Part shown: positions 1 to 12,250 of the stretch, piece after piece | How positions within the stretch are numbered: the stretch's first letter is position 1 | Layout of the letters: each line of letters opens with the position of its first letter | Assembly: GCF_006345805.1 (NCBI RefSeq) | Contig: NC_043021.1 | Location: forward strand, 1,302,001-1,366,000 | Reading direction: 5' to 3' | Length of the DNA stretch: 64,000 nucleotides | From: Octopus sinensis | Lineage: Eukaryota | Position numbers and translations under genes: made by a program | Notes under the pieces: model-generated | Told to the model about the DNA's origin: nothing | Seen by the model: the letters and a program-made list of their open reading frames with translations, nothing else | Databases searched by the model: none

Positions 1-401
1 TGTATTGACATTAGCGAAAAGAGTAGTGGTTTAAGGTACACTTGCAAAGAGAAAGTAGGAGAAATTAGGGTGTTAGCATGAGTGAAGCAGTTCATCCCTG
101 TTATATAAATAGTTTCACTTTAATCGTTGCACACTTGCAAAGAGAAAGTAGCAGAAAGTGAGGTGGTAATTGTAGGAGTGAAGCACTTTAAATGAAAGAG
201 GGAAATGGTAAAATATATACTTTTCTCGAATTTTTGCTTAATTGGGGGTGAAATTTAAAAAAACTTTACATGCCACGACCCGAAGAAACCTACTTGTAAA
301 AATGATAGGTAAATTCCAATTGAAGAAATTCTATATTGTAGAATTGTATAAAAAACAAACGGTTTGGGAGGCAGATAAAATCTGCCTTTTATCATAAGAG
401 A
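1..401 (-). mobile_element. Non-autonomous Helitron-like element, 5' portion (runs off window start)
   Basis: Minus strand begins A|TC-TCTTATGATAAAAGGCAGA. 226-401 aligns by eye with 20400-20563 (same family). Confidence 0.55.
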
Positions 402-419
<18 letters not shown>

Positions 420-442
<23 letters not shown>

Positions 443-1203
443 GGCAGTTTGTCTGTCTGTGTGTCTGTCAGGTTGTACCCTCAACCTGACCACGGCTTTC
501 AACCGATTCTGATGAAACTTGACACACACGTAGCCCAATGTCATAATTCAAAACTAACGCAGCGAACATTTTGAAAAGTTCCCCCAGTTCTGAAAAAAAA
601 TCGATAAATTCGACATGGGTCGAGAATCTAAGCTTTTTATATGCAACACATTTTCTACAGACTGTCTTGGGGACGCAACTCGATCTTTTTAACTCTCCCA
701 AAATGTATAAAAATGTACAAAAACGGCAAAAAAGCGGGCAGCAATGTGAGTGACAACAACGAAAAAGTCAAAAGTGACCAAACAGAACAAACGAATGGAA
801 AAGGTTTTTTGATGCACACGACAAAAGCGGTTTATAATAACACAAGAGTTTACAAGTAGCGTCCGAGGACCCCTAGGGTAGGTCAAAAATTTAAGGTAAA
901 ACGTTTGGGGTGGTAGTTATAAAGAAAGTGTAAACAAAAAAAGTATTCGAATAACTTGCGGCTGCAGCAGCTATTAGCAGAAGTGGCGGTGATGGGGGTA
1001 AAGTCTCGAATGTAATTTCTTCCTGGTAGGAATTGGTTGGGTTGAATTATCGATAGCTGTTTGATAGTTATTTGGGAGTGAAGAGAAGACATTGCAACCT
1101 ACACATGCGCCTTCGTTCCCTAGAGGGAAAGGACTAGATTGGGATTAGTCGTTGCCTACTAGGGGCTCTTACATACCCGAGCAACGCCGGGCTATGCTGC
1201 TAG
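420..1203 (+). mobile_element. Non-autonomous Helitron
   Basis: 3' hairpin CCCGAGCAACGCCGGG followed by CTAG|T at 1200-1204. The same hairpin ends the PIF1-bearing element at 18325. The 5' end is buried in (TA)n. Confidence 0.7.
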
Positions 1204-1252
1204 TTATATATATATATATATATATATAATAATATATATATATATATGTATG

Positions 1253-1285
<33 letters not shown>

Positions 1286-1317
1286 GTATATATATATGTA
1301 TATGTATATATATATAT

Positions 1318-1348
<31 letters not shown>

Positions 1349-1716
1349 TATGTATATATATGTATATGTATATATATATGTATATGTATATATATATGTA
1401 TATATATAAATATGTATATGTAATATATATGTATATATATAATATATATGTATATATATATAATGTATATATACATATACATATGTATATATACATATAC
1501 ATATATATATATACATATACATATGTTAATAATATATATAATTAATATATATATATATACACATGTATATAATATATATATATGTATGTATATATACAAA
1601 TACATATATATACATATATATATATGTATATATATATATGTATATTATATATGTATATATATAGTGTGTATATATGTATGTATATATATATATGTATATA
1701 TATGTATATATATATA
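1204..1716. repeat. Degenerate (TA)n/(TATG)n microsatellite
   Basis: Direct inspection. Source of spurious YI-rich ORFs. Confidence 0.95.
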
Positions 1717-2116
1717 GTGGCTGTGTGGTAAGTAGCTTGCTAACCAGCCACATGGTTCCGGGTTCAGTCCCACTGCGTGGCATCTTGGGCAAGTGTCTTC
1801 TGCTATAGCCCCGGGCCGACCAATGCCTTGTGAGTGGATTTGGTAGACGGAAACTGAAAGAAGCCCGTCGTATATATGTATATATATGTATGGGTGTGTG
1901 TGTATATGTTTGTGTTTGTCCCCCTAGCATTGCTTGACAACCAATGCTGGTGTGTTTACGTCCCCGTCACTTAGCGGTTCGGCAAAAGAGACCGATAGAA
2001 TAAGTACTGGACTTACAAAGAATAAGTCCCGGGGTCGATCCTCGACTAAAGGCGGTGCTCCGCATGGCCGCAGTCAAATGACTGAACAGTAAAAGAGTAA
2101 AAAAGAGAGAGAGAGA
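1716..2116 (+). mobile_element. tRNA-derived SINE with CORE-like segment and CR1-like 3' tail
   Basis: A-box-like TGGCTGTGTGG, B-box-like GGTTCAGTCC, CTTGGGCAAGT segment, tail GGCGGTGCTCCGCATGGCCGCAG. Related copies at 42970 and 50080 (-). Confidence 0.8.
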
Positions 2117-2711
2117 ATATATATATATAATATATAATATATTAATAATATATATAATATAATATATATTATATATATATGTATATATATATATATGTAT
2201 ATGTATATATTATAGGATATATATATATTATATGTATATTATTGTATATATATAAATATGTATATGTAATATATATATATCTATATAATACATATACATA
2301 TGTATATATACATATACATATTATATATATATAATACATATATATATGTATATATACATATACATATATATATATATATATAATATATATATATATATAC
2401 ATATATGTATAATATATATATATACATATATGTATATATATATATGTATTATACAAATACAGATATATACATATACTAATATATACATATACATTATATA
2501 CATATACATATATATATATATATGTTATTATATATGTATATTATATATATATCTATATATATATATATATATATAGTATATATATATGTATATATATATA
2601 TGTATATATATATATGTATATATATAGATGTATATATATATAATATATATATGTATATAATATATATATATATATATATAGATATATCTATATATATATG
2701 TATATATAGTG

Positions 2712-2742
<31 letters not shown>

Positions 2743-2757
2743 GTATATATATATGTC

Positions 2758-2791
<34 letters not shown>

Positions 2792-2865
2792 GTATGTATA
2801 TATATATGTATATATATATATATGTATATATATGTAGATATATAATATATGTATATATATATATG

Positions 2866-2897
<32 letters not shown>

Positions 2898-2948
2898 TAT
2901 GTATATAATATGTATATATGTATATATACGTATACATAGAAATCCCGG

Positions 2949-2982
<34 letters not shown>

Positions 2983-3024
2983 GTATATATATAATATATA
3001 TATACGTATACATAGAAATCCCGG

Positions 3025-3063
<39 letters not shown>

Positions 3064-3157
3064 TATATATAATAATAATAATTATATATATATGTTGTAT
3101 ATATATGTATATAATATAATATATATATAATATATATATGTATGTATATATATGTAG

Positions 3158-3224
<67 letters not shown>

Positions 3225-3237
3225 CGTGTATACATAG
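2117..3237. repeat. Degenerate (TA)n microsatellite
   Basis: Direct inspection. Confidence 0.95.
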
Positions 3238-3400
3238 AAATCCCGGATAAACCCTCTTACACCCGGATATGTCTCTCTGTAAACAATAACTCTCTACTTG
3301 AGTGGGCCATAGTGCCCAAATTCTGACTGAAAGACTTCACCATGTGGTGCTATTAAGTTAGACATGACCTGGGCCAATAATGGCCGAAACCTATCAAAGT
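3238..3400 (+). mobile_element. CR1-type LINE 3' end (5'-truncated)
   Basis: Aligns by eye with 63557-63712, the 3' end of the CR1-like RT fragment, and is followed by (TA)n. Confidence 0.75.
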
Positions 3401-3521
3401 ATATATATATACATATACGTATACATATATATACATATACATATACATATACATGTATATATATAATGTATATATATACATGTATATATATACATGTATA
3501 TATATATATACATGTATATAT

Positions 3522-3552
<31 letters not shown>

Positions 3553-3960
3553 CATCATCATCATAATCATCATCGTTCAGCGTCCGCTTTCCATGCTGGC
3601 ATGGGTTGGACGGTTCAACTGGGGTCTGGGAAGCCAGAAGGCTGCACCAGGCCCAGTCTGATCTGGCAATGTTTCTACGGCTGGATGCCCTTCCTAACGC
3701 CGACCACTCCATGAGTGTAGTGGGTGCTTTTTACGTGCCACCTGCACAGGTGCCAGATAAGTCTGGCAAACGGCCACGGTCGGATGGTGCTTTTTACGTG
3801 TCACCGGCACGGAGGCCAGGTTAGGCTGGCAACGGCCACGATCGGATGGTGCTTTTTACGTGCCACCGGCACGGAAGCCAGTCAGGGCGGCACTGGCAAC
3901 GGCCACAATCGGATGGTTCTCTTATGTGCTACCAGCACTGATATCACAGCGACAATTTCT
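3553..3960 (-). mobile_element. SINE-like element with (GAT)n tail and internal ~55-bp tandem subrepeats
   Basis: Minus strand ends ...AACCCATGCCAGCATGGAAAGCGGACGCTGAACG(ATG)n. Repeated GTGCTTTTTACGTG units. Second copy at 25470-25795 (+). Confidence 0.75.
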
Positions 3961-3974
3961 ATTCATGTTGATCA

Positions 3975-6570
3975 ATTTTGATTTTTCATTTTTTCATTTT
4001 TTGATTTTTTGATTTTCACTTGCCTCAACAGGTCTTCACAAGTAGGGTTTTGTGTCCCAAGAAGGAAAGGTATGCATAAGTGGACTGAGGCCATGGGTGA
4101 TGGTCTCACTTGTACTGCCGCGTCTTCTCACGCACAGCATACTTCCAAAGGTTTCGGTCCCTGGTCATTTCCTCGGTGAGACCTAAAGCGCGAAGGTCGT
4201 TCTTCACCACCTCATCCCCGGTTTTCCTGGGTCTGCCTCTTCCACAGGTTCCCTCAACAGCTAGGGTGTGGCACTTTTTCACACAACTATCTTCATCTAT
4301 TCTCGCCACATGGCCATACCAGCGCAAACGTCTCTCTTGCACACCGCAACTGATGCTTCTTAGGTCCTCTCTCAAGGTACTTACACTCTGTCAAGTATGA
4401 ACACTGACATTACACATCCATCAGAGCATACTGGCTTCATTTCTTGCGAGCTTACGCATATCCTCAGCAGTCACGGCCCATGTTTCACTACCATGTAGCA
4501 TGGCTGTTCGTACACAAGCATCATACAGTCTACCTTTTACTCTGAGCGAGAGGCCTTTTGTCCCTAGCAGAGGTAAGAGCTCTCTGAACTTTACCCAAGC
4601 TATTCTTACTCTAGCAGTTACACTTTCAACACACCCGCCCCCGCTACTGACTTGGTCACCTAAGTAACGGAAGCTATCAACTATTTCTAGTTTTTCTCCC
4701 TGGAAAGTGACGGAAGTTGGTCTCAGAGCATTTTCAGTGTTTATTGCTCCTGAGCATCTGCCACATACAAAAACTATCTTCCTAGTTAGCCTTCCCTTGA
4801 CGTTGCTGCACCTCTTGTGTGTCCATAGCTTACACTTGGTGCATCTTATAGAGTTTCTACCTACGCCTTTCCTACAGATCGAACAAGGCCATCTACCTGA
4901 AGGCGTTTGTGACTTGTCTACCTTCCTACTTATTAGGACTTTGGTTTTAGCTAGGTTGATTTTAAGGCCCTTCGAATCTAATCCCTGCTTCCACACCTGG
5001 AACTTCTCCTCCAGTTCTGATTGTGACTCAGCAATTAGAGCAAGGTCATCAGCATAGAGGAGCTCCCAGGGTCATCCTGTCTTGAATTCCTCTGTTATTG
5101 CCTGGAGGACTACGATAAATAGGAGGGGGCTGAGGGCTGAACCTTGGTGGACCCCTACCTCTACCCGGAATTCTTCACTATACTCGTAGCCAACCCTCAC
5201 CTTACAAGCAGCGTCCCTGTACATGGCTTGCACAGCTCTCACTAACCATTCATCTATCCCTAGTTTCCTCATTGACCACCAGATAAGGGATCGGAGGACC
5301 CCGTCGAAAGCTTTCTCCATGTCAACGAAAGCCAGGTACAGGGGCTTATCTTTGGCTAGATATTTCTCCTGCAGCTGTCTTACCAGGAATATGGCATCAG
5401 TGGTGCTTTTCCCAGGCACGAATCCAAACTGCATCTCATCTAAACTAACTCTCTCTCTAATTAGTTGGGCTATGACCCTCTCCGTAACCTTCATTACCTG
5501 ATCCAACAGCTTCATACCTCTGTAATTATTTGTATCTAGGGCGTCACCTTTACCTTTGTAGCAGTTGACTATTATGCTGCTACACCAGTCATTGGGTATG
5601 ACTCCTTCGTGTATTACCTGGTTAACTATACGGGTGACTAGGCTATAGCCGACACTAGCAGATATTTTGAGCATCTCTGCAGTAATTCCTGATGGACCTG
5701 GGGCTTTCCCTGTCTTCATGCTTCTAATTGCCTCAATTACCAATGAACTGTCAACTCGGATAGCTGGTCCCTCTGTTGGGTCGACATTCGGGCAGACTCT
5801 CTTTATCCCATCATTTTCTTCATTCAGCAACCTTTCATAGTGGCGTCTCCACACCTCTCTCTCTTTGCATCCTCATTTAGCGCAAGTGAACCATCATCCA
5901 TGCGAACACATTTCTCTCCTACCACATCACGATTCTCTCTCACACACTGTCTTGCAACGCGAAATACCTCAGCAGGTTGTCCCTTAGAAACGTCCAGTTG
6001 TCTTCTACCCCCTGTGATGCTGTATCCCCTTCTACTTCGTCAAATGCTTCAAGTAATATGTTCCTAAATCTCTGTCCATTTGTAGGATCTTTAAGATTCC
6101 AGATCCTTCTTCTCCATGTTGGTCGTCTTCTGGTCGTCCTCTTAGTCCTGATCCTAAAGTCAATAACTACCAGTCTATGTTGTGGGGTACATTCTTCGCC
6201 TGGGAAAGTTTTAGCATTTATAAGCAGCCATCTTTTCCTTTTCCTGGCAAAGATGTAGTCAATTTGGCTGGTATGTCGACCCGATCGGTAGGTGTCGCAG
6301 AACTCCAGGAGCCTGGTTCCCTCCACGTTGCGGGAACCATAGCCATAGCCTCCATGTACACCATGGACGCCCCCAGCATGTTTTCCAACATGCCCATTGA
6401 AATCACCAGCCACAAAGAGAAGGTCTTTATCGTTCGTCAACGAGGTAGTCTGCAGTAAGGCGTCATAGAATTGGTCTTTCTGTCCATCGGGTAGCCCTGG
6501 CTTAGGCCGATTAATGGTTGCTAATCCATGATGAAGCACTATTCTTTAAGTATTCTGTCACTTACTCTGA
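3975..6570 (-). mobile_element. RTE-clade LINE, disrupted (APE endonuclease + RT)
   Basis: ORFs 5940-6539 (APE: VAGDFNGHVG, SQIDY, QHRLVV), 5072-5854 (RT: QFGFVPGKSTTDAIF, FVDMEKAFD, GVHQGS), LLYADD at about 5050-5067, 4421-4996, 4106-4375 (RRLRWYGHV, GRGRPRK). Frameshifts and internal deletions. Confidence 0.92.
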
Positions 6571-6574
6571 TTAC

Positions 6575-6618
<44 letters not shown>

Positions 6619-6648
6619 AAAAGGAGATGTCGACCACGAGTGGTGATA

Positions 6649-6848
6649 TATAAAAGGATTGAAGAAAATGCTGACAAATAATTGAAGTAATTTAAGTAAT
6701 TTAATTAGTGAAAGTTCTTTTACCGGTTGCGCATTTGTTATGCTTTCAACTTTTGATAGCATAACAAATGCCAACCGTAAAAGACTTTCCCTATTAAATT
6801 ACTAAATTACTTCATTATTTGTCAGCATTTTCTTCATTTCCTTTTATT
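6649..6848. repeat. Imperfect ~95-bp-arm palindrome containing a degenerate hammerhead scaffold
   Basis: Arms 6649-6744 and 6758-6848 are reverse complements with indels. The centre has GCAT-AACAA-ATGC and ACCGGTA-AAAG motifs. Confidence 0.75.
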
Positions 6849-6871
6849 ATATATATATTATATATATATAT

Positions 6872-6923
<52 letters not shown>

Positions 6924-7128
6924 TATGAGGTAGATAATGAATTATCTTATTACGATTATTCAAATGATAACCGATACCTGGGTAGCAAAAATCACAACAG
7001 AAAAAGCCGGTTGAGGTTACGACCATGGGGTCTAAAATCCTTGCCTTAGTGCGGAAATTTGAAGTTTTATATATTTAGTGTAGGAAGAAATGGAGCTGAA
7101 CGAAAACTTAACAAAATTCCTTTTTATT

Positions 7129-7215
7129 ATTTTCTACATATGTTTCAAAGGCTGCAAAGTCCCTAATTCGGATTGAATAAGGAGTCCATTTTGCACCCTT
7201 TTTCTTCAGGAAAAT
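7129..7215 (-). ncRNA. Type I hammerhead ribozyme, canonical core
   Basis: AUUUUC-CUGAAGA-A-AAAGGGUGCAAA..UUUGCAGCCUUU-GAAAC-AUAU-GUA/GAAAAU: 6-bp stem I, 12-position stem II with one mismatch, self-complementary ACAUAUGU stem III. Confidence 0.8.
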
Positions 7216-10200
7216 CCAGGAACTTAATTCTCCAACAAAATGCACAGCAAGCTTTTCGACAAACGCTCACGACGAGCCCATGGAATAAATGGCACAAACT
7301 GTCTGTCAAAATGCGTAGACGCCAGGCTAGGTGAAAGCCGACGAAAAGGTCCGTTGAGATAATTCAAGGTTAAAATCCGGTTAACAGGAAAAACAAAGAG
7401 TGTGTACGTATTCTGTATGACTGGCGTTAATATTTGAATTGTTTTAAGAATGAGTGCTAGCGTGTTTGAATGTGAGAAGTTGCATTCATGTATGTGTGTG
7501 TGCGTCTATGTATGTGTGGCAGTGTGTTTAGAAGGGAGCAAGGGAGAGAGATACAGCAGATATCAATGGTCAAGCAACAGAAAAAATTGTGTCTGTGTGT
7601 TCGTCTGTAACCATTTGATAGAGAGAGAGGGGGTGTCAACAGTGGTCATGGCAGGATACCGTGACATCCCTGACAGCAGTTCTAGATAACTAGCAGTTCT
7701 TACACTAAACAGGGGAGTGATATCCCCTTACAAATTTAATTCAAAATTTTTTTCATTTTCTTAGGAAATCAAGGGGTTAACTATATTAGACTTCATTGGT
7801 ATGAAGAAAAGTATGCCTTTTCAGTGTGTGCATCTGAAAGAATTTTGCACAATCGAGTTAACAAGGTGCCCTCGAGCGAACAGAATATGAAAGAGTTCCG
7901 GTTGCAAAGAGCACAGATTTTTTGCCTTTATCAAACGGTATAGACACCGATAAAATTGACCATTCCAGTCTAAAAGTTGAATTCGCGTTCTTCAAACGCC
8001 AGACTAATTTACTTAGTCCCGTAGCGTGTTTCTTTTCCTCATCACGAAACGTGGAAAAATGATTCGATATTCTAACAGCCAATTTCGATGATGAAGCTCC
8101 GATATACATGTAGACATCTGAATCAGTATAAACTCTGCACTGGTAAATGGCGTTTCTAATCTTGGAGTTACTAGATAAGAACCTTATTCTATTGGGATTG
8201 GCTTCCGATATTAATACAGCGTTCTTATTACTATGATGATTGTAAAAACTACCGCTGGATTCGATATTATTCCCGCCATTCTCATTGCTATTTAATGCAA
8301 TATCACCTGCATGCTCCCTGCTACTGTGAATGCTGTGATTGCTAATGTCCGTAATGCTACTGTTGTTAAAACCGCTGCTAATATTGTTGTTGGGACTCCC
8401 TACATTAATGACTAGATCAGTGCTCTTATCCTTATTACCATTACTTACGTTAATGACGAGATCATTGCTCTTATCCTTATTACTATTACTAACACCAACG
8501 TTGGTATGGAGGTTGCTAATATCTGTGCCAGTACTATTATTATTATTATTATTACTGCGTGTTATGTTGGAATTAGACGGAGCAGAGTCTCCGCTCATGG
8601 GTGAGAGGGTCTTATTTAGCAGCTTATTGTTATGGGAGGAAATTATCTGTGAAAGATTTTTAGTATTGGAGAAGGCTATCCTAACTTTGTGTGAATTTAC
8701 AGTGGAGAAATATCTCGAATTTCTGGGAAAATTCTGGCAATTGCTTGGCGAAACTGCAACGGTAGGTTAGATCTTATTGTTTACCAAGGGAATTACAAAC
8801 CAATATATTTTTTTCCTGTTCTTGTACTGGCTCGGGGAGTCATCTCTAACATTAAGGTGGGTATCTCTGGGTTGAATAAGGGTTTTGGCCTACGATGGCC
8901 TCCCCTGGACCGCAAATTATTTATGTTATCTATATTTACTAGTTGTACTTGTATCGGCATTCCTCAGGCTACCATCACTACTTATATTATTTATGTTATT
9001 GTAACTTGCCTTATCCTGATGATAGAATGCTGGTTTCGGAAGGGCCGGGTCTATATATGCTACCTTCTCCCTATAACCGGCTTTTGACAGGGCGGCATTA
9101 TAAAATTCCGCTTTCTGCCTAAAATGTCGACGTTGGCAGACAATTAGTTAATCTTTGAGAAATGTTTTTACCAAATTGTCTGTTATAGTTTTGCGTGTTA
9201 GAGAAAACACTGACATACTTTAAGTTAGTGGAAGGTTTGTGGTAGGGGCAGTACGAATCGCTATGCAGGTCTAGTGTGACATCTAAGAAATTTACCTTGG
9301 TAAGTTCGTTATCAAAAACATGCTCATGCCCATTCTATTAAAGAACCTAGCTAATCTATTTTAGTTTTCGTATCATTCTATTCGGGTTGTTCTGTAGGTA
9401 AAACAGACAATCGTCACGATTATAGGCCGCCCGATGTCCGGGAATTGGTCGGATAATTCATAAGATATAGATTCCGACCAAATCGGCAATCTGGGCGCTA
9501 TCTGAACTACCCATAGGTACATCGAACTCGTTGGGAGTATCCTTACGAACCCATAACTTATCTTCAAACTGTATAAAGGATTTTCTGGCGACTAGAATAT
9601 ATCAATTTCTTCTCTTGTGAGGCCTACCTTATTATGTGCATGCCACAGGGCCTTATTGAGTACACTAGGGTTAATCGAGGGGTAGAAATTAGCAATATCG
9701 AACTGAATGAACTTAGTTCTGTTTTTTATTAGGGATAGAAGAGAACCACTTTACGACTTGCGAGGAGTTCGCCCAAAGGTAAGCTTAAGCTTATTAACTA
9801 AACTAGGAATGTATTTGTCTAAATGTACTTACTGATGGAACCGATGTCGGAACTAGAAGGCATATGAGCCTTAATGCTGGATTGGTGTGGAAATTTGGTT
9901 TGTGTCCTTAACGAGAATCTAGGTTGTCTTGGTTAAGCGTTTGTGTTCTCATTTGAAGTCCATAATTAGCCATAATTTTCTTAATCTCCAAGTTAACTCT
10001 TCTCAGTGTATTCTTATTTGTAGTTCTATAGTTCTTCTGGATCTCTTTTCTGAGTAATTCTAGGTACTGGTTTTTAGGTATCTTGTAAGTGTTCCTTGTT
10101 TTGTCAGATTGGACCAGGATTCCGTCTGAGCTGTTGATATCCTTAGTAATTTTGCCTAGGTATCTGAGGTGTTCATTCCTACGGGGCGATTTCCTGAATT

Positions 10201-10543
10201 TAATGCTCCTTACAATGCCCCATAAGTCGTCCTCAAATTTCTTCAGTCCGGGGTTAGGTGGTGGCGTCTCCATCGACTTAAAAAGCTTCTTATATTCGGA
10301 TGATGTTGCGGACCGGTTCTGTTTTAAATCCTCGTTATCATGAAAGAAAGCGAGCCATCTAATCCGGTTGATGAATGCATTTGTTTTGCAGACAATTTCC
10401 TTAAGGAAGGCTTCCTTTGGTGGTATAGGAATGTCCTTAAGGGACGCGTTAATCTCGAACAACTCCATTTGCGGTATCGGTTAAGGTAGCAGTTTCTTGG
10501 CGAAGCTGTATATGTGCATTTTGTTGGAGAATTAAGTTCCTGG

Positions 10544-10629
10544 ATTTTCCCGAAGAGAAGGCTGCAAAATGGACTCCTTATTCAATCCGAATTAGGGACT
10601 TTGCAGTCTTTGAAACATATGTAGAAAAT
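10544..10629 (+). ncRNA. Type I hammerhead ribozyme, U4C core variant
   Basis: AUUUUC-CCGAAGA-GAAGGCUGCAAA..UUUGCAGUCUUU-GAAAC-AUAU-GUA/GAAAAU. Stem II is fully paired (12 bp including G-U). Confidence 0.75.
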
Positions 10630-10681
10630 AATAAAAAGGAATTTTGTTAAGTCTTCGTTCAGCTCCATTTCTTCCTACACT

Positions 10682-10714
<33 letters not shown>

Positions 10715-11730
10715 CTTATATATATAATAATATATATTATATATATATAATATATAATACGTATATACACATGCACGCAATCATAAAAGTACATTCATAC
10801 ATATACGCATACGTACAAACATAGATAAACGCATACGCATACTATCTTCTAGACATATTTGTTCTAATATAGTTCTCTGAAACCATATCTTTTTTCAATC
10901 ATTACTTGTTTCCGTGTATGTATGTGTGTGTGTGTGTGTGTGTTTATATGTATGTATCTAAGTGTATATGTGTGTATTATTTATGTGTGTATGTATGGGT
11001 GTAATCTTTGGTATATCTATAAGCTCAATTACTTTAACATACTACGCTCACTGACCAACTGACCAGAGTTCACACTTACGACTTTAAAGTATATGCTGTA
11101 ATATTAATGACATAATCTCTGTGACATATCTATACTCGTAAGCAGTTATTTATCAGAGAAACCTGTTGCATGTATTGTCATTTAAGATATTGTTGCTACA
11201 ATTGTTTAGAGATTACTAGTGACAACTGTAAATATGCGAAACGTCACAACTCGTACAGCATTGAAAAGATTTTAGATAGTATTTTGAATTGACTTTGATT
11301 TACTATAATATGTTGGCTTCCCGTCCTGTAAGTTTTCAACGACCTTATTTCATGATGTGGAGAGGACTGCTGGTTCAAATGGACAATCAACTACCAGCTG
11401 GATCATTCTGATTTTTTATTAGATAATAGGGCATAGAATATCGTCACATATAGAATAAAGTAGCTAATCAGAACTTGCTTATTTATCCATAAATTAGTGC
11501 TCGGTCTTGATTCCCTGTGAGTAATTCTGTTACTACTTCACCTAATAACAACTAATTCGCTTCCAACGGAGCCTACTATTCAATGATCTACATTCCGTTG
11601 AACACACATACTTAAGATCGACTAAAAAGTAATAAAACATACAAGTGTAACTAAATTTATAGTCAGTTTAGAGTGTTGCAAGAAAGCATTTGAGTGTATG
11701 TATGCGTGTGCGCGTGTGTGTGTTTGTAAG

Positions 11731-11805
<75 letters not shown>

Positions 11806-11860
11806 GTATTCATGACAGCTTATATTAATTCACAATTTTTTTTCTTATTTCCTAATACAG

Positions 11861-12031
11861 AGATCGTTTAAAAAAGTCTTCGGGCATACAGATGACTGGG
11901 GACCTGGTTTAAATGAAAACAGAACTGGTCGCTACCAGCCGATTTCTGTATCCGACGCAAACCTACCAGATTATTTAAAGGCAGTCGAAAAGCCTTCAAG
12001 GCCTGATGATGTAGTTGTCACTAAATTTTAA
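11861..12031 (+). CDS. Terminal coding exon of an SLC6 Na+/Cl- dependent transporter (GlyT/PROT-like)
   Basis: Polypyrimidine tract and acceptor (ttttttcttatttcctaatacag|). Phase-0 translation RSFKKVFGHTDDWGPGLNENRTGRYQPISVSDANLPDYLKAVEKPSRPDDVVVTKF*. DWGPxLxENRTGRY matches the SLC6A7/SLC6A9 C-tail motif from recall. Confidence 0.8.
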   Translation, partial: RSFKKVFGHTDDWGPGLNENRTGRYQPISVSDANLPDYLKAVEKPSRPDDVVVTKF

Positions 12032-12061
12032 TATTGACTTCATATAGTTGAGAGAATATTT

Positions 12062-12096
12062 AAACAACAGCAATAATAATAATAATAATAATAATG

Positions 12097-12150
<54 letters not shown>

Positions 12151-12179
12151 GTAATAATAATCAGAAGAAGAAAAAGAAG

Positions 12180-12220
<41 letters not shown>

Positions 12221-12250
12221 GAAGAACAACAACAACGACAACAACGTTAA
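12062..12250. repeat. (AAT)n / (CAA,CAG)n trinucleotide repeats in the presumed 3' UTR
   Basis: Direct inspection. Confidence 0.9.

Larger units (their letters stand above)
6920..10660 (-). mobile_element. Penelope-like element 1 (RT + GIY-YIG) with inverted terminal repeat
   Basis: N-terminal ORF 9908-10468 (LKDIPIPPKEAFLKEIVCKT..RIRWLAFF), frameshifted RT at about 8700-9900, GIY-YIG in 7858-8598 (IYQC..YIGASS..RISNHFSTF). 7078-7248 is inverted to 10508-10660. Flanked by (TA)n. Confidence 0.88.

Noticed and set aside
3724-3900. ~55-bp repeated units resembling a CRISPR-like array
   Set aside because: Internal tandem subrepeats of a SINE, without unique spacers, in eukaryotic context with no cas genes.
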